Below, one piece after another: positions 1 through 12,100 of a stretch of DNA of 64,000 nucleotides. The notes under the pieces were generated by a model. It saw only the letters and a list, made by a program, of their open reading frames with translations, was not told the DNA's origin and did no database searches. Position 1 is the first letter of the stretch; each line of letters starts with the position of its first letter. The stretch spans positions 53,568,001 through 53,632,000 of the forward strand of contig CM060732.1 in assembly GCA_030704615.1 (NCBI GenBank), given 5' to 3'. This DNA is from Takakia lepidozioides. Taxonomy: Eukaryota; Plantae; Bryophyta. The position numbers were made by a program, and so were the translations under genes.

Positions 1-1239
1 TATTAGGTAGTCCATTAATTAATTCTATAAAATCTACTATCTGTTCTTTTCCACATATCACTATCGATTAATCTTCAAGATAGCCTTCAAACGATCTATA
101 CCATGTCTGCACCCAACTGTGCTTTCAATAATAAAAATGATCAACTCTGATACTTCTTTTATTCTCTCACCATTGCTCTATGTCATGCAAACGATTTTAC
201 TTCACTATTATACTCCTCCAGTTAATCCAACCGAAGACTTTCTATTTTCATGTCCTTAATCTGCTCTTTCATGAACTCTGGGCAACCATCTATCGGACAA
301 CATCACATACTCATCCACTTATTTCCCAATTGACGATGTTTATATAGAATTGATAATTCTTTTCTTCAGACTTTACTCACACTTTCTATTCGAACTAACT
401 CTGCCTCATTGTAAGATAAACTCTTAAATATCCGAATCGATATTTCACTGGATAAACCAGAAATTAATTTTCGCTTGGAATTTTTTTTCTCTCCATTTAT
501 GTACATTCTCACTATCTCATATATTTATAGTTCTTCAACCATTACATTCAGAATTGGATTCTCATTTCATCATTCCATTATATAGTGCTATTGTTGTTCT
601 GAATCTCTTGCTCCGTCCTCTTTCGTATCTATAGTCAAAATGTTTTGGCAGTCCTCCATAATGACAAGTTCTCAAGTTTGCATAAATCTAGTTGTTGAAA
701 CGAGCCATCACTGGTGTGGCTCCAATGACGCTCTCCGAACTGAGGCTCTTCATTTTATCGAAGATGAAGTCGTACGAAGGACATGACAAGGTGTGGTCAT
801 GTCACATGGCAGGAAACAAACGCTGTACAATAGTGGAATTGAGTGCCCTGAAGCACACATACACTATGGACGAGGACGGACAGATGGATGTGGTGCTTGC
901 CCATGTCCACCCGGGGTTTGTTGATAGAATAGTTTTCAGGACATTCAAGCACATGTCATCCAGGTTTGATGACGAAATGTCTATAGATTGGGGATACTAC
1001 ATTTTCATGGGGGGGACATGGGTGTAGGAGTTCGTTACTCTCCTCCTCTTCACCATTTAGTGGAATGTAATAGTTGATGCATCCCCAGAACCTAAGCAGT
1101 GACACAAGAAATATAGTGTCAAAAATGCAAAAGAAGAGTTTAATTCTTTCCTTCACATGACAATTTGACTGTCGCGATTTTATATATTTTGGAAAAATAA
1201 AATAAAAATCATATTGTTTCCTCCTTCGTATAGTTGTCA

Positions 1240-3800
1240 ATTATCACGTGGCGTAAACACGTTAGACATTACGTCCCAAACGACATTACATTGAGTAATT
1301 ATTTTTTACTTTCACACGATCGAGATGACAACCTACATGGTTTTTTAATTAATTAATTAATTATAATTTTTTAGAATGAATTGTCGGGGGATGTACAATC
1401 GTCCAATGACCGCTTGGCAACGGTGATCATGGGGCAACCGTGGGACGACCGTCCGACAACGGTGGATATGTTTCTTTTTATAAAAAATAAAATAAAATCG
1501 GGACCGTCAGCACCGTCAGAGTTGGTGGTTTCAATTATTATTATTATTATTATATTAAATATTAAATATTGGGACCCTAGAGCGGACGCAACCTCACGTC
1601 ACTGACACAGATAATTTTCCCATTTTCAAATTAGGACCACGAACTTAGGCGATCTCAATTTAGTGAAATAAAAATGATCCCGAGTCTATCAAGAGAAATT
1701 TATTAGAAACAAATTGGGGTCCCTGCTCTGGTGATCCTAATTCTATCCATAAGAAATAAAATAATCAGGACCGCATATTCTCGGGGATCCGTTTATTTCT
1801 TAAAAATTAAAATAAAATATTTTGTGCTCTCAAATTTTTTTTATTTAAATTTGGGGGATGGTTATTTGGATGATCCCACTGGCCCACCTGCTGCACCAAG
1901 CCCCTCACCAAGCCCCAACCTTCCCTACATCTTGCCACTGCTCTCTGTACTCCTGCAACAGCCACAACCATAACCACTAGTGAGTTGCTTGGCCCACCCT
2001 CAAGATAGAAAATAACTACTCACTGGCTCTGAAACCACTATGTTGAAAATACAAATTTGAAGCCACTAGTGAGTTACTTCAAACCCAACCGACTTAATAG
2101 TTAGAACTATCTAGAAAGTCAACTAGTGAATTATGTAGAAACTAGAACTAAAACTATCTAGAAAACCCACACCCTATATTTGTGGGGCCTACCGACTACA
2201 CCATACATTTGTGAGGCCATGTGTTCCCTGATTTTATTCCTAGACCATACACGTGGCCTTACTACCTACGCCTCCCACTCTAATTCCTAGACCACAATAA
2301 TTCTTGCACCACTCTAGATTGAACAGGGCCCAAGTGAAACTACATATTGTGGATTCCCAAACATTTTCAAAAGTTTTAAACAAAATTGAGACTGCCTGCA
2401 TTAATGGTCCTATATATATTTTTAAAAATAATTAAATAATTAAATAAAGACCGCCTCAGCTGATGGTCCTGATTTTATTTAATTTGATTTAAAAAAACAA
2501 ATAGGGACCACCAGAGCTAGCGATCTTGATTTTCTCCATAATAATATCATAAAATAATATTAAAAAAAAGTTAAACTGCCAAAACTAGTGGTCCCGATTT
2601 CAATCAGTATGGCCAGATCTTTGGCACGAGATTTACCAACGCGATTTTGGTGAAAAAATAACTATACCAAGATCGTCTATTTTGGCAAGCTTGATTCAGC
2701 CCCTCCCCATCAGGATGACGGACTCAGGTGATCCCGATTTAGTGAAAAAACAATGGATCCGATTCCTTTAAAAAATATTCTAAAAATAAATTTGGGATCC
2801 CTGTTGTGGTGATCACTTTGATGATCCCAATATTATCCATAAAAATTAAAAATGGGAACTGCTTATTCTTTTAGACACACATTTATTTTAAAATAATTAA
2901 AAAAATCATTATATATTTTTCAGTATTTATTATTATTTATTGATTAAAAAACAAATCAGGGCCACACATGGCGGTCTTGATTTTATCCAAAAATAATTAA
3001 GAAATAAAAAAGTTTGGAATGTCAGCTCTTGCTGTCTCGATTTAATTAAAAATAAATAATAAAATAATAAAATAACGTATGCTAGGAGGTGCTGGTGCTG
3101 ACACTACCAATTATATCTAAATAAGCAAGATAACAAAATGGGATCGCATAAGCCATGGGCCTTGAATTCATGAAGCAATTTAAAAAAAAATTAAGTGTTA
3201 GCTCTCGTTAAGATTTCATTTGAAAAATGATGATGATAATAACAATAATAATAATGGGCTTTCCAGTCCTAGCTGGATTATATGTAAAAAAGAAAAGAAA
3301 AAAAAACAAAAACTCGAGACCGCTATTTGAGGTGGTCTCAATTCTATTTCTAAAAATAATTATAATTTATGTAAATAACAGTGGCGGATACTAGCGCTGG
3401 GGATCCCAATTTTATTTAGAACAAATTAAAGATAAAACGGGGACTGCCCGACAGTCTCAAATTATTTAATAATTTAATTTCAAAATAGTATAAAATAAAT
3501 TGGTCTACTAACTTTGGCGATCCCAATATACCTTATAAATTTACATTAAAAGAAACAATGGGACCGCCAGCTCTAGTGATTTTAATTTTATCAAATAATT
3601 AAATAAATAATACTTATTTTTGGAAATATCAGTCGAACTTGTCTAATATTTCCATCCAATAAAAATTTGAGCATCAAAATGATGGTCCCTATTTTATTAA
3701 ATAAATATAAAACCTCAAGACCGCTAGAGTTAGAAGTTTTAATTTTATTCCAGAAAGAGAAATTAAATATTTCAAAATAATGGGGACCACCAAAGCTTGA
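1240..3800. repeat. AT-rich array of degenerate inverted motif pairs (GGGACCGCC...GGCGGTCCCGATTT), probable non-autonomous DNA transposon body
   Basis: Many variants of gggaccg/cggtccc separated by A/T tracts; a homologous block, including the cacgt...gtaatt...cacatgg lead-in, recurs at about 39140-39600. Confidence 0.6.
1870..2362 (-). mobile_element. Truncated LTR retrotransposon: LTR (about 2362-2041, TG...CA), PBS and short internal stub
   Basis: Minus strand reads tgtttggga...ttcaaca followed by t-agtggtttcagagcc, a tRNA-iMet-type PBS resembling TGGTATCAGAGC; a homologous copy lies at about 53200-53430. Confidence 0.65.
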
Positions 3801-3899
3801 GATTACAAATTTATATAATAATTTAAAAACGATTAATATCGTCAAAGCTGTCTTCACGATTTACGTATTATCAAGGTTAACTATAAGATGTAAAGTTAA

Positions 3900-4040
3900 G
3901 AGATTAAATTGCGTCGCTGATGTACTAGAGATGTACACTTCATGTTGTATAACTATCCTTATGTGTAACTTTACATGCTATTTTGTGCAACTTATGCATT
4001 TGGTGCAATTTCATATGCCATAGACGTTATTTCTTGTAGT
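3900..4040. mobile_element. Possible right terminus of a CACTA element
   Basis: tttcttgtagt at 4030-4040 is the reverse complement of (C)ACTACAAGAAA, preceded by tgcaa-type short repeats; the final G is missing where a T19 tract begins. Confidence 0.3.
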
Positions 4041-4058
4041 TTTTTTTTTTTTTTTTTT

Positions 4059-5420
4059 GTTAATAATATTTTATCCTAGATATCGAGGTGGCAGTCCAAG
4101 TGGGCCGTGGACTGCACACGTGAATCTGACTAGCACTACTGTCGATGAGTGCCTGAATACCTAGGGAAGTGACTCCAAATTTCAGTATCTTTCTTGAGAT
4201 ATAGACCACCTTAGTTCCAGACTCTTTATATGGAGAATGTGGGTGTTGCTAACACCGTTGAAACCTCAGACTGCGGATTGCAAAACAAATCAGTATAACA
4301 GCCATCGCTCTACATCATTGGGGTTAAACCTTAGATTCCATTGAGCGTCAGCATCGCTGCGGAATGCGGACAAATTCTGCACTAGCGGGGCTCATGAGTA
4401 GCGACCAATATGGTACGAAAGACCTCCTCTCTTCCTGTCAATCTCAGCGAAATCTTTTTTCAATCAATCAAATTCTCAGCAGGGAAGAGGAGACTAGCAT
4501 GGGTCTTACTGTGAAGGTGTTTCCCAGCAACATCCACCTTATATTGGCCCGCAGTGGCTCCAGTGATGGCGACTCCAATGGGTTACTCCGACCAGCTTTC
4601 CCTCGGCCCTTTTGTGGCGGGCGTGGACTCTCTACAACATCCGGCCTGTGGCAACGTACAAACAACGATGGTTGTAAGCAATGTACTCACGTGTTGTAGA
4701 CCAAGTTATGAAGAAGTTTCTTCATTTCTGAGCTTCCCGTGGACTTCATGAGAGTGTACCAGTTGAAGGGATGATCTACAGTTGCAGCGCTGCCACAGTT
4801 AAAACATAACCATCTCTGAGCTGATACTCTAGATAGGGGGTGTAGGACTGGGACGATTCTTACCTGGAAGATAAGTTTGCGTTTGTGAAATTGTCAGCTT
4901 CTTTAATGAGCACATTTGTGTGATTGGGGGGATATCCCATCACCATTTCCAGCTCAGTGTGACTAATGTATCGCAGCTCATTTGTGCCAACTTCCATCAC
5001 CAGCTCCAGGTTGGTCGTGTTGCTCTTGTAGCAGTTGTTAGATAGAACAACCTAAGGAACATCAAGAACAGAGTACTGAATTAGAAATGGCACTTGCTTA
5101 GGTGAGAGATAGGAGCTTAATTTGCAACATTTGGTATTATCGTGATATGTACAATATCCAAGATTCTCTATCTGATTTTAACGTGAGCACCTTGAGCTGG
5201 GCACAGTGTCGATGTACTAACTAGTTTCACATATGGTAGCTTTGCTCTTCTCCCTGCAGTTTGAGACAGTCTAGAAGTGTCCCGAACATTTGAGCCAACC
5301 GTCTCATGAGGAGGGAAGAGCCGGAAGGGAATATGTGTTAAACAGTCCACAGAAACCAGGAAAGTATACTTCAGTTAGATAATACATCAAGGGGAGAGGA
5401 AGATACCTCAGTTTTCAGTT
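4059..5420 (-). pseudogene. DNMT3: Decayed DNMT3-like C5 cytosine methyltransferase (C-terminal part: TRD, motifs IX and X, probable DUF3444 remnant)
   Basis: Exon 5051-4864 VVLSNNCYK...ELRYISHTELEMVMGYPPNHTNV (motif IX; cf. DNMT3 TEMERVFGFPVHYTDV) splices in phase to the exon from 4645 ...IRWMLLGNTFTV (motif X); upstream TLLDCL/GRRAKLP resembles DNMT3 LQECLEHGRIAKF; frameshifts and stops present; N-terminal catalytic motifs not found. Confidence 0.7.
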
Positions 5421-5809
5421 CAAGGAGGATGTCGTTGTGGAGGCAACTTTCGAATGAACCACTGACAGAAGAGTTAATGACACGGTTTGCACCGATTTTT
5501 ATCCACATGCTCAATAATGGTGCTCCCAGCCTGAGGCACTGTTCCCACGCGTTCCCATGAGTTCCCAATGAGTTCCCAAGCGTTCCCACACGTTTCCAAG
5601 CTAGGGTTTGCGCCGCTTTGGCTCTACGCTTGTTGCCAACGAGCTATGACTTCTGTGAAGTGACCGGAGGTGCTATATTGATTTCTTGGGCATCAATGGA
5701 CCACCAAGAGTGCCCCTAATTCCCTGAGGAAGCTATTTGCTACAGAACAAGTTTTTTTTTTTCCATGAAACTCATTGAATTAAGCATAAACAAACTATTG
5801 AGTTTTCTA

Positions 5810-6400
5810 TGACATATCCTCTTCTAACCATTGCATGCACTCATAGTGCTCCTTTCCATGGCCATGGTGCACACCTTAGAGCTCATAATCCAGTCCGACA
5901 TTTGCCATCTCAATAAACATGTTCTTCCCAAGCTTGAGATTGATACCCCAACTCAAAGTATGCTCTATAAATGCACTAGCTTGCACCAAAGAGAAATCAG
6001 ATCTCTACCTTCACTCTTAGCTCTCCTAAGCTTGAAGTTGAAGACCCCTACAAGCTGAAAGCATGCTCCACACATGCACCGCTTGCTTGGTTCTCAAATC
6101 TGCAACAACTTGTAGAATAAGAACTAACTTTATAAGCTTTCAATTTTTGCACCGGGGCTCTCCTTGAAGACCTTCACTTGTGCATAAACATCACAATGAT
6201 TTTGTTTGCAAATCCTGTAACACCTTGTAACACAAACGCTCTCTACCAAGTTTTCTTTAAAACACAAGTGCGAACTATGCTAACACCTTGTACTCATAGA
6301 TGTAAGTATACTGATACGCCAATGGTGACAAGAGATGAACCCATTCTATCACTTTATAATAATAAAGCCAATGACACATTTGCTTCACACTCCATCTCAA
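5810..6400 (-). pseudogene. Decayed two-exon gene of unknown family (CxCxxC motif), probably transposon cargo
   Basis: Long frames interrupted by isolated stops and a frameshift: CLRWSVKQMCHWLYYYKVIEWVHLLSPLAYQY..., RCMCGACFQLVGVFNFKLRRAK..., WGINLKLGKNMFIEMANVGLDYEL*GVHHGHGKEHYECMQWLEEDMS*. Confidence 0.4.
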
Positions 6401-7145
6401 GCACTATGAGCTATGACGTCGAGATAGTCCTCGGTAGGCTCGACTAGAAGAAGACGAGCCTTCCTGCACATCACGTGGAGATAAACCTCTCCACGTCCCA
6501 AATAAGATTCGTCACCTCACTTGGCACATGAAGTCCCAATGCCCACAAAATACAAATATAAATGTAAAAAATCTTTAATTAGCTCGAAATAACTATTTCT
6601 AACTAATCACAAACAAAACCATGACAAACTGTATTTAATGTTTTGTAAAAAATAGAAGTATTCATTCGAGAGTACTGCGAGAGCAAACTCTACTATTTGA
6701 AAAGAGGTGGCTTGGTCTTCCATCTGCACTTTCAAATGGTATGCAACGTGTTTGTTTTCAGCTTGGTCAGTGCACGACGTAACATGCTCATATGATTTTT
6801 GGATCATCCCATCCTAGATGATTTAATCGATTTGTTAATTTATGCAGTGCAATATTACATATGATGAAATCAACAAGGATATGGAACAATACATTATGTA
6901 TGACGCCTATGAAGTAAAAAATTGTGTATGTTTCATCCATCAGAATATTGTACAGCAGACTCAGATGTGGTCTAAATACAATATGCACACTTACTTGTTT
7001 ACCACGTTACCGAAAGTGTTGCTAGATATGTTAAGATTTAGGCAAATTTTTCCAGCTGCAGGATGTGTTGTTTCATTTCATATTAGATGTGTAGATTTGT
7101 AGAGGTAAGATGCAATTTAGGAATCTAGGAAGTGTATGATCAGAC

Positions 7146-7703
7146 CAGTGTTGGCCAGATATCAATCCGGATACCAGTGGATTCATATACCAGTGTTGGC
7201 CGGATATCAATTCATATGATCAATACTATTTGATATCTATCTATTATTTATATCTGGCGGATACATAAAACAAAGGATCCGGATATGATTCTACCCGCCG
7301 GATATAAAAATGATTAATAACTGGATTGTATCCGGATATGTAGCAAAAATACTCTCAACCAGATATAAGAAGGGTTAAGAATAAATAAATAAATAAATAA
7401 ATAAATCTATATTTTAATTTTTTTAAAGAAATAGAATGATTTAAATTGATTAAATAAAATATTTAAAAGATATTATTTTTATGATTCATATATCCGGATT
7501 ACTCTATAACCGCCGGATATTATAATCTGAATATCCGGACTTATTTACATCTGGCAGATTTAAAAAAACTTATACTATGCGTAACTGGTTATTAGAAATA
7601 CCGATTAATCTAAAATCTGGATTCCCAGGATATATCATTCTCTAATTTGTCAAGTATCCGGACCCGATGGATATTAAAAAAAGCTAAGAACCGCCCAACA
7701 CTG
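7146..7703. mobile_element. Non-autonomous hAT element (MITE), 558 bp
   Basis: TIR CAGTGTTGG...CCAACACTG; perfect 8-bp TSD GATCAGAC at 7138-7145 and 7704-7711; many internal ATCCGG/CCGGAT subterminal repeats. Confidence 0.9.
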
Positions 7704-7834
7704 GATCAGACCTAACAAGTTACAAATGGTTGATATAGCACATATTTTCTACGTTTCTACACCATTCACACGTTTATAAGAATACAGTCTACTAGTGACG
7801 ACTTCAACAATGTTCAAGGTTTCTATGACAATTA

Positions 7835-8010
7835 AGTTGTAGTATAGTAGTAATGGGCACATATCACCTTGGAAGTGGGTTCAATCCACCGGTTGCTGTT
7901 ACAAAAGTGACCATGCTGGAAGGTAGTACCCTTCGGGACGAAAAGACACCATAATTTACGCTTCCTTGGGGAGGCGTCATGTATTACATTATATTATTAT
8001 TATTATTATT
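7835..8010 (+). mobile_element. tRNA-derived SINE (family A)
   Basis: A-box-like tagtatagtagt, B-box gggttcaatcc, body ...gacaccataatttac..., (ATT)n tail; homologous copies at about 8720, 33883 and 42355. Confidence 0.65.
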
Positions 8011-8719
8011 CAAGTTTTACAAAAATTTCAATGATTATTTTATATTGATTGAAAATATATTTTATGCAATAAAATAATATAAATAATATAAAAATTTAGT
8101 AAAGACATGCTATCTGCGGTACTTTTGCCGAATTTAGGAGTGTGGGCTCCCCGAGGTTTATTAAGAAAAATGGCTATTGGATCAACCGGTTATTTATTCT
8201 CCCACGTTGCCCCTGTTGTGGCTGTTAGAAGGTGTTTACATTCAAAATGGAAAGTAATAGTTTTTTTAGAATGATGTGAGACTATAAGTTCCATGTGTTT
8301 CTAAGTTTTATTTTCCTTTTTTTGGTTATTATATGGGTTAGTATCTCTTTATATTCTAAATTGAAAAAAAAATTGTTGAATTTAAATCAAAACATTCAAT
8401 CAATCAATGGTGCTATTTTTATTCTATAAAGAAAAGATTCTAGCTAGAGCTGACATAACTAATAGCCACTTCATTTTATGGCACTGGCTCTCTGCCAAGG
8501 GTGGGTCATGTTAAGGTTTTTATATACCAATTTTTTAACAAGTAAATCTAAAATATTTAAACATAGAGACTAGATATACATACATTTATCTATCAATAGT
8601 ATATATATATATATAAAATTGTTCAAAACATAGACAAGAAACAAAAATCTAATATTAAGAATTAAAGCATGATCATCACAAAATGAAAGTTTTGAATTTA
8701 TGGGGACTTCAGTCAATGG

Positions 8720-8830
8720 GTAAATTATGGTGTCTCTTCAGCCCGAAGGGCTACTTCGGAGGAAGGTGGGCTCATTTGTGTACTACAGATTAATATGCTT
8801 GCAAGGGAGAGAGTGCTGGAATTGAATCTT
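8720..8830 (-). mobile_element. SINE family A fragment
   Basis: gtaaattatggtgtctcttcagcccgaagggctac is the near reverse complement of the body of the 7835 copy. Confidence 0.5.
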
Positions 8831-9129
8831 TATAAAGAATATGGGGTGTAACTTCCAATGTTTACTGCAGATGCAACATCTACACTAAGGATAAAAACGT
8901 TTAGTTGATGTATTAATTTGATGCTTTTGGGTGTCAAAATAAATATAGTTCACGTATCAAAAGAATAATACAATGTAACAAAAGTTTGTTTTGACTAAAA
9001 GGGTAAAATATCTCGTTCCACATATACAAGCTTAAACTCTGCAAACTACACTTAAAGATTTATCAAAAATCTTAAATATACATATATACATGATTTTTTC
9101 TAAGCAACAAATTAAAGTGCCATATCACA

Positions 9130-12100
9130 TTATCTCACATCTTTGAGATTTGGATTAAATGGACGTGATCTGAATTGTAGTTGTTGGATGGTTTGTCTGG
9201 AGCATCTCTTCAATAATGCTGACACAGATACTCGGACCAAAGCCCTTAAAACATTGATCGCATGTTGCAGATCTTTCCTTGCAGCCAGATCTTCAGCCAC
9301 GTTCATAATCAACTGTAAACAGGATTTGCAAAAAAACGGGGGTCTTGGCAAGATAAAATTAGACCATAAACAATAAAAGTAGATATCGAGTTTGAAAGCA
9401 TTAAGCAAAATAGAAGTAAATAAGGAAAAATTATAAATATACAAGAGAAATTGATTTGAGAACTTGTCATTTTTTAAGAAAATTCATATATTCAATGATT
9501 TTAAATTACCTTAACTACTGTTAATTGGTATAATTCTAACTCGATGAACATCAGAATATCATAAATTATGAACACAAATTTGTGTATATTACTTTAAAAA
9601 ACAACGATAGTAATTACAACATTGGGTAAGCTTTCAAACCTCAAGAACTAGAAAAGTCAATTCCCCTTCACTAAGATCTAGCATTGGCACCAATACAGGG
9701 ACACCTTGTGCGACTATGAACGCCTTTTTGCCACCAATTTCAAGTGTAATGCTGCAAATGTTATCCAAAAAGCGAGCAACATATTATTTGTAGTAAACAC
9801 ACAACATCTATTCGTGGGTAAATCCATGCTAGAGATGTTTAATTTATAATTATCTTATGGAATATGGTGAATATGACGTCATCAAGTTTTAATCTAATAA
9901 TGTAAATACACAATTACAAAGTGACAAATTTACCTTATGAGTGCAGCTACACCATAAGCTTGAATATGAGCATCAATATGACTAAGATATGGCACCAATG
10001 TTGATATGGCATTCGTTTTCACAGCCTGCTTTCTTCCAGCAACATCAAAGCTGCCAGCTCCCACACACATGTATGTCACATCGCTTTGTGCAGTCATTAA
10101 AGTTTTATAAACTTTTTCTGCTACGTTTTACCTACCAAGAATAACTACAAGAACAAATACGATTTCATATGTTCTCAGTATTCATTTTCATGACCGGTAT
10201 GAGAATACAATATATAATGAACGTAATATTGGAAATCAGACCTGTTTCAAACACAACATAAAACCCTGTTTCCAATGAAGAAAAGAAAACATAAAAGTTG
10301 TGTTGTTAAATTTAATATAGGCCCCAAGACATACCAGTATTCAAGAAAGTAATAGTAAACAAGCTGATCACGTAGTAATTATAGCTAATGTAGGATTACA
10401 TTGATTTATTACAAACAACATTGGGCTCACTCTGGGCCGGTTGATTTATTTGAATTACAGTATTTTCTTCTTCTATTTCTAACCTACATTAATAAATTAA
10501 AAAAAAAAAAAAAGCCCTTGAGAGCTTTATTGAATATTATTTAATTACATTATTCTCCCTTTGGACAAACAAATGATTATGTGCATACGGTCATATACAT
10601 TCTAGTGATATTTGGTTTTAAGCCATTTTTATTACTTCTTACAAACTATAAACCAGTGTTTTAAAATCTGGCAAAAAATCGCCAGATTTCGACCTGGAAA
10701 ATGGGTCAGCTACTTTTACTAAGGAATTATGGGAATAAAAATCAAGAAAATCGCCAGAAAGCGCCAATGGTTAAATACCAGGAGCCATATTTGTCCTACG
10801 TGGACCTGTTAAAATATGACACCTGTTATATAGCCACTTTTCTAGCTCTGTCACCTCGTTATTCTCGCCACATGGGCGCTGGGTAGAATTTACATATCGC
10901 CCTGCCTGCGATTTTGGAGAAGTGAAAAAAAAAAATTGCTATAAACTCAGTGGATATATTCTTTATAATCATTATAACGTGTTTAGTTTTTGGGAAAAGG
11001 GGGACCAAAATGTGTTTTTCTTTCTTCTTTTTTTGAAACATCCATGAGCGACAATCATATCATGCCCCCTTGATTACAGTGAGAGGAGAAATAACGAAAT
11101 AACCTGAAGGCTCATGGGACACATCCAATGGAAGGGAGAGAAAAATTATGACCCAACAGGTTTTGAACCCAGAATCTCCTGGGTGGCACTCAGTGCACCA
11201 TCCTCCTACTGGTGGCTAGTATGAACAATAAATCAATCAACCTCACACAGTACAAAACCAAAAATGGCGGCATATATGAGAAGTTGAAAAGCCTTGAGTT
11301 TACTTTAGAAAAATTTCCGACAATTTTTTTCTTCTTATATCTAAGAACATATTCTCCCCCTCAAGGCCCAGTTTGCGGCTGTGGCTTTGGGGATAAAGAA
11401 GAAAAAAAAAGAAAAAAAAAGAGACCATAGCTTACAAATTTTCATCTGAATGTTTGGGAATATAACCAACACTCACCAAATGAAACATAAAAAACGAGCA
11501 GCTGCTATCATCAAGTCTTGATATGCAGTTGCTATTAACCGAACTGTTATTGTTACAGCATCCGCCTTCATATGTCAATCACATGATCATGTTAGAACTT
11601 GTCTAATAAACTTCCATCCATGAGTTCTAAGACATTTTATATATCTTTCACTTGATTTATATTTCTCAATAAAAATTATATTTCCCGTCTTTAATTCATT
11701 TTCTGGGCTCCAGTCCCTTTCCCCTAAAAAGATATATATATATATATATTTCCACACACAAGCATAAACAGACATTGTAAATCTTTTTGAAAGCAAAAAA
11801 CTTTGTGAATAACTTATTACTTATTACTACTCGTTTTATTAATTATACAAAAGAGTTAATATCAAAGAACCCACCTCCAAGACCTCAGTTAGTGCCTTCT
11901 GATCGTAGTTCAAGCCAGCCACACATTTGGAAAGAACATTTAAGGCATAGATCATGCAACCTCTGTCTTCCTCCTCATTGAGTCTTTTCATTATAAATGT
12001 CAGCGTAGTCCCAGTGTTCACAAGCTCTTCTCTCACTATTGAAACCCAATTGCATAAGTGCATGCATGTAACAAAATTGATTAATACACCTTAGTCCATC

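Noticed and set aside
1-650. Possible gag relic on the minus strand
   Set aside because: Too degenerate to support with any diagnostic motif.
692-1027. 111-aa ORF
   Set aside because: No recognisable motif or exon partners; lies in decayed repeat-like DNA.
5752-6000. L1 3' end suggested by the T tract at 5752
   Set aside because: Translation shows no RT or zinc-knuckle motifs; better explained as the orphan gene relic.
7835-7900. tRNA genes here and near 11150-11220
   Set aside because: A/B boxes are present but there is no full cloverleaf; they continue into repeated bodies and tails, so they are SINE heads.
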